The notes beneath the pieces were generated by a model. The model had not been told where the DNA came from and made no database searches. It worked only from the letters and a program-made list of their open reading frames with translations. 64,000 nt of DNA from Macrostomum lignano (taxonomy: Eukaryota): contig NIVC01000738.1 in the NCBI GenBank assembly GCA_002269645.1, positions 310,001 through 374,000 on the forward strand. The letters run 5' to 3'. Below, piece by piece: positions 12,801 through 21,197 of the stretch. The first letter of the stretch is position 1; each line of letters starts with the position of its first letter. Made by a program: the position numbers and the translations under genes.

Positions 12801-13362
12801 CTATCCTACGCCTTGCCCCATCCCATGTAGCAAGGTCCTTCTATCCTGTACCCTAACCAAAACCAATTCCCCCCTCCTAATTCCTAAACCCAAGTCTTAT
12901 TACCTGTCTCACTTACCGCCTTTAAAGCTAGCCAAGGCAAAACCCTCATTCCATGCTTTGGTTGTACTGTATCTTGCTGTGGCGGGTACAGCGTGAGGTC
13001 GTTAGACCTAGAACGCTACTTCTTGGCGGCCAGAGGGCCGCAAGAAGGTCCCGCCACCTCCTGTTACGTTGATGGCTGAGACTTTGTTAAGGCCCGAGTT
13101 CCTGCGAAAGGGCTGCTGTGTGGGGGTTGGATTTGGGGTTCGGATTAGTTATTGCTATGGAACAGGAGCTGGTTTCTAAATGGCTGAGTGGTCCCCGGAA
13201 GGGCTCCTGATTTGCCGAGAGTTCCTGCGAGAGGGCTGTTGTGTGGGGTTGGATTCGGGGTTCGGATTGGTTATTGCTATGGAGCGGGAGCTGGTGTTAC
13301 TTACCAACTCTCGTCGTATATAATCTCGCACACAGCCGGAAGGAAAGCTCACAGTGAACAAA

Positions 13363-13800
13363 ATGAACTTCAAGACATTATCGAACAGATTTCGAATCGG
13401 CGTCAGGTCGCACTCGAAGTGCATCAGCATCAGAAAGTGGTACAAATTTGATGAAGAGTATCGACCAGGTCTGCCTGGCATGGAGCTCACCGTCCACCAG
13501 TTTTGCCACTTGGGCAGCCTGAAGGAACGACTGGAAGAGTTTGCAAGAAAGTGTATCGATGCGCAATGCCTTCTGGGTGGCAACAGGCAAGTGGTTGTGC
13601 AAAATGGCGTAATCACACTCTGGCGCCTTCCAACTGTACTCGGACCGCCGGTGCACCTAAGGCACGCCTTACCGCTTCCTACTACACTTTGGCGCGAAGT
13701 CTGGGCTCAAAAGCAATGGGTCCTAGACAAAATGACAAGCGAGAGCCTCCGGTCGAGCCACCGATCGGCGATCCATGGGATACCACCCTACGGAATCTGA
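13363..13800 (+). CDS. PC4/Sub1-like ssDNA-binding / coactivator-domain protein (Polinton-encoded)
   Basis: RIGVRSHSKCISIRKWYKFDEEYRPGLPGMELTVHQFCHL matches the PC4 pattern (V.V..F.G...IDIR.YY....PG.KGISL..EQW..L). A second, weaker repeat begins LGGNRQVVV. TATATAA lies at 13317-13323. Confidence 0.7.
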   Translation: MNFKTLSNRFRIGVRSHSKCISIRKWYKFDEEYRPGLPGMELTVHQFCHLGSLKERLEEFARKCIDAQCLLGGNRQVVVQNGVITLWRLPTVLGPPVHLRHALPLPTTLWREVWAQKQWVLDKMTSESLRSSHRSAIHGIPPYGI

Positions 13801-14048
13801 AGTGTTCAGCATGGGCAGCAAGGCTTACGCTCGACCAACTGATGCAAGTACCTGACAGGCAGTCGGCAGATTGGGACGACCACTGGGGGGCCTTCCAAGC
13901 AGTTCAGGCTGAATTTAGAAAGAGATTTACATTCGAAACTCTGGAAGAGCCACCAACAGCTGAGAAGAACCAACAGCCTTCATTCCACCAGCCACCAATG
14001 AAGCGACGCGCAATGCATGAAGCGACAACTGGTCATTTCGTCAATTAA
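13716..14048 (+). CDS. Hypothetical ~110-aa Polinton protein
   Basis: ATG-initiated ORF (MGPRQNDK...) overlapping the PC4-like ORF, with an AATAAA near 14212. No recognisable motif. Confidence 0.4.
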   Translation: MGPRQNDKREPPVEPPIGDPWDTTLRNLKCSAWAARLTLDQLMQVPDRQSADWDDHWGAFQAVQAEFRKRFTFETLEEPPTAEKNQQPSFHQPPMKRRAMHEATTGHFVN

Positions 14049-14483
14049 CTTTTTTTTAATATAGTTTTGAACCATAGTACTGATCATGCACTGTTGTATA
14101 TATTGCTTTGTCAATACTGGCCATAATATTGCCCCATCATGCTTTGATTCCGGGCGATAATACTGTTTTGTAAATACAGGCGACGGGCCTTAATACTGCC
14201 CTTCCATTCTTAATAAACTTTTTTGTGCTAATACGAGCTTTTAACATGTAATTTTATGCTTTGCAATCCATGGACCTGCCAATAAAATAAACAAAAAAAA
14301 CATTTCATTTTCGTAAGCATTGTTGTACAAACACTATTGTCGCATTCGCGTTTATTTTTTCTTATCTTTTGTACACAAAAAAAATACAGAAGTAAAGTTA
14401 CAGCAAAAATATTATTATTATTATTATTATTATTACTCGGTGCATAGGCAGATCTCACTACTACTGTTATGCCGTAGAGGAGC

Positions 14484-15083
14484 TCAGTCAGAGTCCAGCA
14501 AAGTAGGTTCGGATGCTTGATCTGGTAGCAAAATGCGGGAGAGGGCATCAGCTGCAGTCTGAGCCTCAACCACGCTGCGAGCACCAGCTATTATACAACG
14601 ATACGAATGAAACAAAATCAACTTTACAGAGGCAGTAAACTCGAGCACAAGTCCGTTAAACATTTCCGGCTCATAGGTGGCCCGATGCGGCCATTTAGAC
14701 TTGACTTCCCCCAACCGGAGTGGATGCCGACCCGCGGGAAAGGCCGTCACAGAGGTAATAGTCTTGATGCGAATCTGGGGCAGACTGGTCAATCGCAAGA
14801 AGTCCGCACACAGCTTCACAATCTTCTCCGTCTCTGCGAGAGCTTCCTCCATGCTTTTGGCTCCACAGACAGACACTTGTCCGGTCGGATACACCAGCGC
14901 GGTTACTCGATGCTGCCCGCTCTTCATCACCACTGCCAGTGTTCGAGGATGAACCAGGCGATGGCGGATTGTGTGATACTGAGGCAGATGAAGAGTCAGG
15001 AAATTCACTAGTTGAGGCAGACCCACCCGGGTCGCCAGGTCGGCTCCTGTCACGATGTTTGTCACGCGAATTGTTGCGACCAT
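14484..15083 (-). CDS. TATA-binding protein (TBP)-like protein, 199 aa, intact, inside the Polinton
   Basis: Two TBP repeats: RVTNIVTGADL...TALVYPTGQVSVCGAKSMEEA and IRIKTITS...ATYEPEMFNGLV...KLILFHSYRCIIAGARSVVEA. Compare canonical QNIV...TALIFASGKMVVTGAKS and YEPELFPGL...LIFVSGKIVLTGAK. Confidence 0.88.
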   Translation of the reverse strand: MVATIRVTNIVTGADLATRVGLPQLVNFLTLHLPQYHTIRHRLVHPRTLAVVMKSGQHRVTALVYPTGQVSVCGAKSMEEALAETEKIVKLCADFLRLTSLPQIRIKTITSVTAFPAGRHPLRLGEVKSKWPHRATYEPEMFNGLVLEFTASVKLILFHSYRCIIAGARSVVEAQTAADALSRILLPDQASEPTLLDSD

Positions 15084-15576
15084 CTTTAGACAATCGAGAG
15101 AAACGCCAGTGCCTGCTGCAGATCGCTACTTTTATAGACCCGTAGCCGCGAGGCCGCAGCCAATCAGCGTACAGCGCCACTTTGGCCAGGGCGCAGGGTA
15201 GCACGTACTTTGAGGCACTCGGAAAGGCTAGGTGTGCGAGGTCGTAGACAGGCTGCAGCAGCAGACGCGACAGGAACTGGCACTTGACATCCCCCTTGCT
15301 AAATATCGGGCCTTGCAAGTGAGAGATATCGCTCCAGAGACAAGAGTAGGGTCGGAACCCACTCCTGTCCCAGTCTAGACCGTGCCGCTTATTGGTGAGC
15401 CAGTAGCAGGTTCGTCGCTGTCCTCTATCAAAGAGCTCAAAGCTGTGCGGCGGCTGGTAGCAATAGTAATGAGCCGTCGTTTGACCGCATGCAAACTCAA
15501 CCCATGCAATTTCCTTAATCACAAAGTCCTCTGTTTTGTAGAGGTGCGGAAATCCTTCAAAATCAATGACAATCAT
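14695..15576 (-). CDS. DnaQ/DEDD-like nuclease-fold protein of Polintons; the real protein is probably the N-terminal ~140-150 aa
   Basis: MIVIDFEGF...FVIKEIA...H...PP...WLTNKRHGLDWD...FSKG..KC.FL. The C-terminal ~130 codons overlap the TBP-like gene out of frame and look like read-through. Confidence 0.6.
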   Translation of the reverse strand: MIVIDFEGFPHLYKTEDFVIKEIAWVEFACGQTTAHYYCYQPPHSFELFDRGQRRTCYWLTNKRHGLDWDRSGFRPYSCLWSDISHLQGPIFSKGDVKCQFLSRLLLQPVYDLAHLAFPSASKYVLPCALAKVALYADWLRPRGYGSIKVAICSRHWRFSRLSKDGRNNSRDKHRDRSRPGDPGGSASTSEFPDSSSASVSHNPPSPGSSSNTGSGDEERAASSNRAGVSDRTSVCLWSQKHGGSSRRDGEDCEAVCGLLAIDQSAPDSHQDYYLCDGLSRGSASTPVGGSQV

Positions 15577-16487
15577 CTTGGCCACTTGATCCACTTGCCG
15601 TATCCTTTCTGAGACTGAGTCTTCTTATAGCCTTGCAGTCGAGGTTTTTTAGGACTGGACTTTTCTTCCCGAGGCTTTTCCAGCAATTTTGTAGTGTTCA
15701 GACCAACTGCAGACAGAGGCACGTGGTTTTCTTGAAGACACGTAACAAACTCATTAATCCCATTCGGTGGCTGAAGGTACTTAGAGTACGTATCTTTAAC
15801 TATGAAATGCAGCAGGTCCACGATATTTGAGTTGTACAACGGTTTACCATTGACAGAAACTTCATACGTATCATCTATGCTAATCGACTTGCACTTTACG
15901 GTTATGAAGCTAATCAATGCCTGCAGACGATGATGCCATTTCTGATTCACCGTCAGATATAAAACCTCCTTCCACTGCGGTTCTTTGTGAATTACTGGAG
16001 GCTGTTCTTGGGTCGCACTTGCCTGCAGCTGCTGCACGCAACGCTCGTCCCTAATCTTGCGCAACTGTTTTTCCGCCTCTAGCTCGGGTTCACAGACTGT
16101 CTCCATGCCCCTCTGATTCACAAGTGCCTCATACTGCAACCGGGTACCAGTATCATTTCCTTGTACATGTCTTTTTATACAGGTGAGAATCAGAGGAAGA
16201 CAACGAAGGATATGCGGGTGTGAGAGATTACGCCGAGCCTCTTTCACACTTTTGCTTTGTGCAACAAGCCGGAGAGTATTTCGATATCGCCTGAGTCTCC
16301 GCTTCAAGCTATCTTCACAGCCAACTTTTCCTGCTAGTAAGTTGATAATACACTCGACCAAAAAGCAAATGGTGCTTTTATTTGCATAGGTAAGTATGCA
16401 GCGACGCAAGGATATAGTGCCCTCACAAAAGACAGTTATTAGTGCAATGTGTTTATCATGTTTAACTCAGTGCAGAGACTGAGCCAT
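15573..16487 (-). pseudogene. Two conserved Polinton ORFs, apparently fused by a 1-nt lesion, with an in-frame TGA
   Basis: ORF A reads MAQSLH*VKH...FLVECIINLLAGKVG...KRRLRRYRNTLRLVA, with TGA at 16469-16467. ORF B starts MYKEMILVP in another frame near 16150 and continues ...NGKPLYNSNIVDLLHF...PPNGINEFVTCLQENHVPLSAVG...KWIKW. Confidence 0.6.
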
Positions 16488-16489
16488 TC

Positions 16490-17147
16490 TTATAGATAAA
16501 CTCGCTGCGGGGCCTCATCGGGGAGAAAATTGGCTCTCAGGCGCAGTTCATGGCGTGAAGCGGGTGAAAATCAAGCAGCAGATAGCGCTGATCTCCATCT
16601 CGCACCAATCGATCCATCAGTTCTACTAGCAGAGTGCGCCGTTTGGGAAAGCATTGCTGACTTAAAGCTTGGACCGCAGAGGCGTCTCTGGGGTTGTTGA
16701 ACAACACCATGTAGGTGCAATTTATGCTAATTGTGCGCCACTCTCTGCCTTTGAAAAATAGATTTTGCGTGATGAGAATGACAAAGCAGGGCTTGTGGTG
16801 GGCCTCACGGGTGAACAGATGTCGTAGCTCTCGACTTGCAGCTGCTTCATCCAGTAAATCGTCAATCACAATCAGGTCATGGGGCTGCAGATCCAAATTC
16901 GATAATCCTTCACATACTTGCACTCCTAGCCGCCGCAGAGTCGCGTGGAGTTCCGGCTGCGGGCATCCGTGATACCAAATCATCCGCTTGGGAGGTTGGT
17001 CGAACAAAGCAGTCGTTGGGACAGCAACCGCAAACAGAATGTTGATTTTCCCGCTCGAGAAGGGCCCGAAACCATCATGCAGCCTCCCATCCGCAGTCTG
17101 GAATCAAACACCTTGCAACTGATTTTTGAGTCTGAGTATGATTGCAT
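16490..17147 (-). pseudogene. A32/FtsK-HerA-like DNA-packaging ATPase, frameshifted as assembled
   Basis: Walker A GPSRAGKST, then a frameshift near 17010, Walker B LIVIDDL, HH and TQN motifs and LFNNPRD. A second shift near 16550 precedes ELRLRANFLP. Confidence 0.9.
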
Positions 17148-17577
17148 CGTTTTGAGCCACAGCTGCCGGGTGCAAAACCTTGATGAACAAGGCATTATAT
17201 GACATTCTCTTATGCAGTCGATGGATCAAGTAAAAAATGCAATACCAGCCGCAAAGAGTTGACGAACTGGGCTGAACAGGGACCGTATTCCATTGTAGCA
17301 CCATCCGCGTCGGTTTAGTTTTCTTTAACCAGCTCTTCATATTTTTACTCAAGCCTCCCAAAGAGTTGAAAATTTCACAATGCACTTTACTGGTTACTAC
17401 TCCAGCAATCCAGTGACCGCACTCATCATTCCATGGCTCATACAAAATGAAGCAGCAGGGTCGGCAGGTTGAATCGAAAAATGGTGTCACTGTTCCAACT
17501 GTAAAATTTCCGCAATAGGCATCCCGCACAGATGTGGGGCAGCGAGAAATGAACGCTTCCAACTCTTCGGAATTCAT
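17104..17577 (-). CDS. Adenain-like (clan CE) cysteine protease, 157 aa
   Basis: GHW (His), FNSLG (normally FDSxG), VQ (oxyanion Gln) and CGWYC (Cys). Confidence 0.88.
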   Translation of the reverse strand: MNSEELEAFISRCPTSVRDAYCGNFTVGTVTPFFDSTCRPCCFILYEPWNDECGHWIAGVVTSKVHCEIFNSLGGLSKNMKSWLKKTKPTRMVLQWNTVPVQPSSSTLCGWYCIFYLIHRLHKRMSYNALFIKVLHPAAVAQNDAIILRLKNQLQGV

Positions 17578-18844
17578 GCTCTGCGATAATCCAGCAGCAC
17601 ATCCCTCTCTTTAGTGATTTCCATGCATGAATCATACACGCACAAGCAGATGAGTGTGACTGGCTGTGCGAGAGCGTTGGAAAAGCGAATATCCAGTCGT
17701 AGTTGACCCTGCCTATGACCAAACCAGCTGCCTACTTCATCGCCACTTGGACTAAGGTCAAACGCAAGCAGATAGGCACTATTTCGAAATTCATCAAAGC
17801 TTATGCAATATTTTCCACTGAGACTGCGGGCAAACTGCAAAAATTCGGATGAGGGCTGCTGCTGTGGTTCTATGGGCTGCCCAGTAATTGGCTCTCCATT
17901 GACAAACAGGCTTAAACTATTCAACCAAATGCTTGGAACCAAAACGGGTTGTGGTGCAGAGATCCATTGAAAGCAGTCTGGCTGACCATTCCAAGGAGCA
18001 CAAATTTTGGCAGCTGACCATGCGTGATTGAATCGAGACTCTTGTTTCTTGTCCCAACAGAAAATGTGAATGTCTGAAGCTCTCTTCTATCAAAGTGGTA
18101 GAGAGCATTACGCTGTGAGAGCCCCTGTTCATGTGCGAGAGCCACTGTTGGGTTTACTCGGAGACGCCTCAAAAGCAGAATAGCATTGTCGACTTCAACA
18201 CGGTATTGAACTCCATTATTGGGTACCATCAACGAAAAAGCGCTGCAGTGCCGGGTCAATTTGACCTGCAGGCTGATTTGGTTTAGCAGATACTGCCGGA
18301 TTGAGAAAATGTCTGAAAACAACGGGCCGGCATATTGCACAACAGCAGAAGCCTCATGCAATCTCGCACGATTTGTGAATCCATGATTTTGCTCCCCAAT
18401 GGTGTCACTCTCTCCAGCGGTGTCTGGATAATAACCTGCGGCCGCCAGTTCTTGAAGCTGGTTGGCATTGCTGCTGGTCAGCACTTGAAGCATTGCTCGA
18501 TATGGGTAGAGCTGGTCCCCACCACTCACAACCCGCTGGTTGAGTTTTACAGTGACATCACGAAACAGGCTGGCAAGCGGGAGATTCGATAGTCCGACAT
18601 GGGCATCATCTTCATTAGTCAGCTCTGCATTGTTTATCACACGAGTTATCCGGCAAGTGACTTGCAGCACTGTGGCGTGCAGATCGGTGTAGTCCTCAGA
18701 GGAGGCGTGGCAGTCGAATTCAATCGGTGCATCAGGAGTCGTGAGACTGCCGATGGGATGAAAGTCCGTGAAGTGAGACCTATCCACTCCAATTTCATGC
18801 GTCATTGGCTCAAACAGATTGAGCCGTGGATTTGTCCGATACAT
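17574..18844 (-). CDS. Polinton major capsid protein (double jelly-roll, PY/hexon-like), one frameshift near 17925
   Basis: LNLF...PIEF....DYTDLHATVLQV...SLFRDVTVKLN...YPYRAML...NPFWFQAFG, then in the adjacent frame LNSLSLFVNG...AFDLSP...G.LRLDIRFSNAL...VTLI....YDS.MEITKERDVLLDY. Confidence 0.88.
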
Positions 18845-19107
18845 TATGAGAGTGAATCGAGCACTCGGTTGACTGTTTTTAACGGTATCTTGCGCTTTTT
18901 TGTGGGCACTGGCTTGCTCTTCTTTGGTTTGATTTTTGGCGTTTTCTTATGTTTTTTCTGCGATGGAGGTGGTATGCGGGAAAGGAGAACTGCATTTTCA
19001 TGAGTCTCAGGGGGCAGTCGAGATAGCAGCGATGTGGGATATCCGTGCCCATGAGGAAGTTTGAAGCAACTGCCTCGATAAAACTCGGTCACTTGTCGAA
19101 TGTCCAT
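18844..19107 (-). CDS. Small basic virion-core-like protein, 87 aa
   Basis: FYRG...HGHG N-terminus and a Lys/Pro-rich tail. It lies between the minor and major capsid genes, and its stop overlaps the MCP ATG (TAATG). Confidence 0.6.
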   Translation of the reverse strand: MDIRQVTEFYRGSCFKLPHGHGYPTSLLSRLPPETHENAVLLSRIPPPSQKKHKKTPKIKPKKSKPVPTKKRKIPLKTVNRVLDSLS

Positions 19108-19871
19108 GACTCACGCAGCTCAAAAGTCAAGACTGTGGGTCCAAAGAGTAATCGGATAGATTCGATACAGTTGATCGGTCGTAGCCGTATTTGCATGTGT
19201 GTTAAGCGGTGGTTTGCTGCTATTGGGAAGAATAGCTTATTCTTATAGATGAGTTCCGACCGGTGATCCTGCAAAAGACCACCAATATTCAAAGTCTGCA
19301 GTGCTGGAGTAAACTGATTTCCAATACAGCGCGGGCTAATCTGATCGCACTCAACAAGCAGCAAATCCGTATTCCAGGCCGGGTTCATGCCAGGTCGTTC
19401 AAAGCATCCTGCCTGCTCGCTATAGGTTGTCTGCGCAGCACCAAAGATTTTCCCCATCTGGCTGTTTTCTGGAAACATAAATCTCTCACAGATCCCAGCC
19501 ATTTGATAGTATACATAATGGCTAACTGAATCAAGGGTAAATTTAATTAGATGCACATTTATAGGTGTTTCGCCAATTCCAGACTCATCAAAATCTTTTA
19601 CAATCAGTAAAGCATTTACTGCATCAATCAGCTCATTCAAGTCATTGTAGCGCCCAGCTGGAATTTCAGCACATTGCATTGAACCCTCAAGCTGATAATA
19701 TAGCGACAATGGATGAGGGATCGTGTAGATGCAGTTGATAAAACTGATTCCAAGCAGACCCAACTCATAGTCCAAAGCAGAATCCAGCAGCACAGGATGC
19801 AGCAGCTCAGCAGTAAAGTTGGCCGGGTCATCATCGGGGCCGGACATTACCTGAAATCTTTGCCTTTTCAT
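19089..19871 (-). CDS. Polinton minor capsid protein (penton/PX-like), 260 aa
   Basis: N-terminal ..NFTAEL..PVLLD...YELGL.GISF pattern and C-terminal FFPI...LTHMQIRL...T.LTFELR. Its position after the integrase fits this call. Confidence 0.75.
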   Translation of the reverse strand: MKRQRFQVMSGPDDDPANFTAELLHPVLLDSALDYELGLLGISFINCIYTIPHPLSLYYQLEGSMQCAEIPAGRYNDLNELIDAVNALLIVKDFDESGIGETPINVHLIKFTLDSVSHYVYYQMAGICERFMFPENSQMGKIFGAAQTTYSEQAGCFERPGMNPAWNTDLLLVECDQISPRCIGNQFTPALQTLNIGGLLQDHRSELIYKNKLFFPIAANHRLTHMQIRLRPINCIESIRLLFGPTVLTFELRESWTFDK

Positions 19872-21086
19872 ATTTTTCTTAAGTCTTTTTCGTCAATCCA
19901 ACTGGGTTTTTCTGAATCGCGCCACTGAACCAAATACCGAATCTTTCCACTCTTCAGCTTCTTAATGTTGAGAACCTTGTCGATGATCCACAGCTTCTTG
20001 TTTCCTGTCACTTGCTGCATTTCCGGCTCGTAAAACTTGCCTTCCAACTCTTCACCTCGGGCATCGATCAGAGTGTACATGTATGGATAATGCTTGGGGT
20101 GGAGGGACTTGACTTCAAATACTTCCTCACTCCATCCCCTTGTGTATCCCTTGGTGAATGGGTTGGCCAGATTGCGAAGAGAGATTCGCACCATCATTCC
20201 TGCCTTGAACTTTGGTCTGGAGACCTTTTCACGAGTCTCAGGAAGCTTCCCATCGTAAAGCCGGTGCCAAATTTCCATCTCGTTTGACTTGTCGACATCA
20301 ACTGGTCGGCTTTGAATACTCCGATGAATACTCTGGTTGTATGCCTTTGCTAAGGGTTGAAGCACATCGGTCCAGGTTAATGTTGACTTGTGACGGAAGT
20401 ACCGCCACATTCGGGATTTCAGTGTGCGGTTCCATCTCTCAATGACTGCGCATTTCTGGTCACTACTTGATGTGAATGCATGAATTTTGTGGTTTACGCA
20501 GAAGGCTCGGAACTGGGTGTTACAAAACTCTTTTCCACGGTCGGTCCGAACTGCTCGTGGGCATCGAGGGTGAGCTCGATTTAGGATCGCTTCGAATCCG
20601 GCTGCAACCTCCTCGGCTGTCTTGCGGCGCACCGGCTGAGCCCAGGCAAACTTGCTGAGCACATCAATGCAGCATAAAATATATCGTACGCCGCCATTGT
20701 ACTTGGCAAACGGTAGCATTTCAACCAGGTCCAGTTCCCACTGGTCATCCATGCCCCGCACCACAATCGGTGCTCGACGAAAGTTTTTGCGTTTATCTCT
20801 ATGCAGTGTGTAGACATCTTGGTCTTGGAGCCACGTTTTTACCTTTAATTGTAAAAACTGGAAATTGCTAGCTAGTGGATAAAACTAAAAACCTAAGCTG
20901 GAATTTTCTAAAAAATCATTGGTTTAGAAGTATATCGTATATACATACCTGCCCTACACTAAACTTGGGTCCGTGCTGTTTGTGCAACTCTCGTTTTAAT
21001 GCCTGATAGCCGCCATAGCTGCCCGGTCTACTGCAGTCAAAATAAATACCTGGCAGAAGGTTTGAAATTGCCTTTTTCTTTTTCAT
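19868..21086 (-). CDS. Retroviral-like (rve) DDE integrase with C-terminal chromodomain-like region, 2 exons, 370 aa
   Basis: Exon 1 is 21086-20949 (MKKKK...YFDCSRPGSYGG...Q), the intron is 20948-20843 (GTATGT...TTAAAG), and exon 2 is 20842-19868. Exon 2 motifs: VKTWLQDQDVYTLH, WELDLVEM, IDVLSKFAW, RTDRGKEF, IERWNRTLK, YNQSIHRSI, YLVQW. Confidence 0.93.
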
Positions 21087-21197
21087 TTTACCAAATTTCT
21101 AGTACCTATCATTTTCTTATGCCAAACACCTGCTTGAAAAAAAAAATAACTGCCCACCCCCACCAGTTTCTGCGGATTTAGCGTTTCTAGCCTCTGT

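Noticed and set aside
12223-12996. Pro-rich ORFs in the TIRs (also 22810-23452)
   Set aside because: They arise from C-rich TIR subrepeats and are open in several frames on both strands.
14695-15083. Dual-coding overlap of ~130 codons between the DEDD-like and TBP-like ORFs
   Set aside because: The extension is low-complexity and is more simply explained by a lost stop or indel in the DEDD-like gene.
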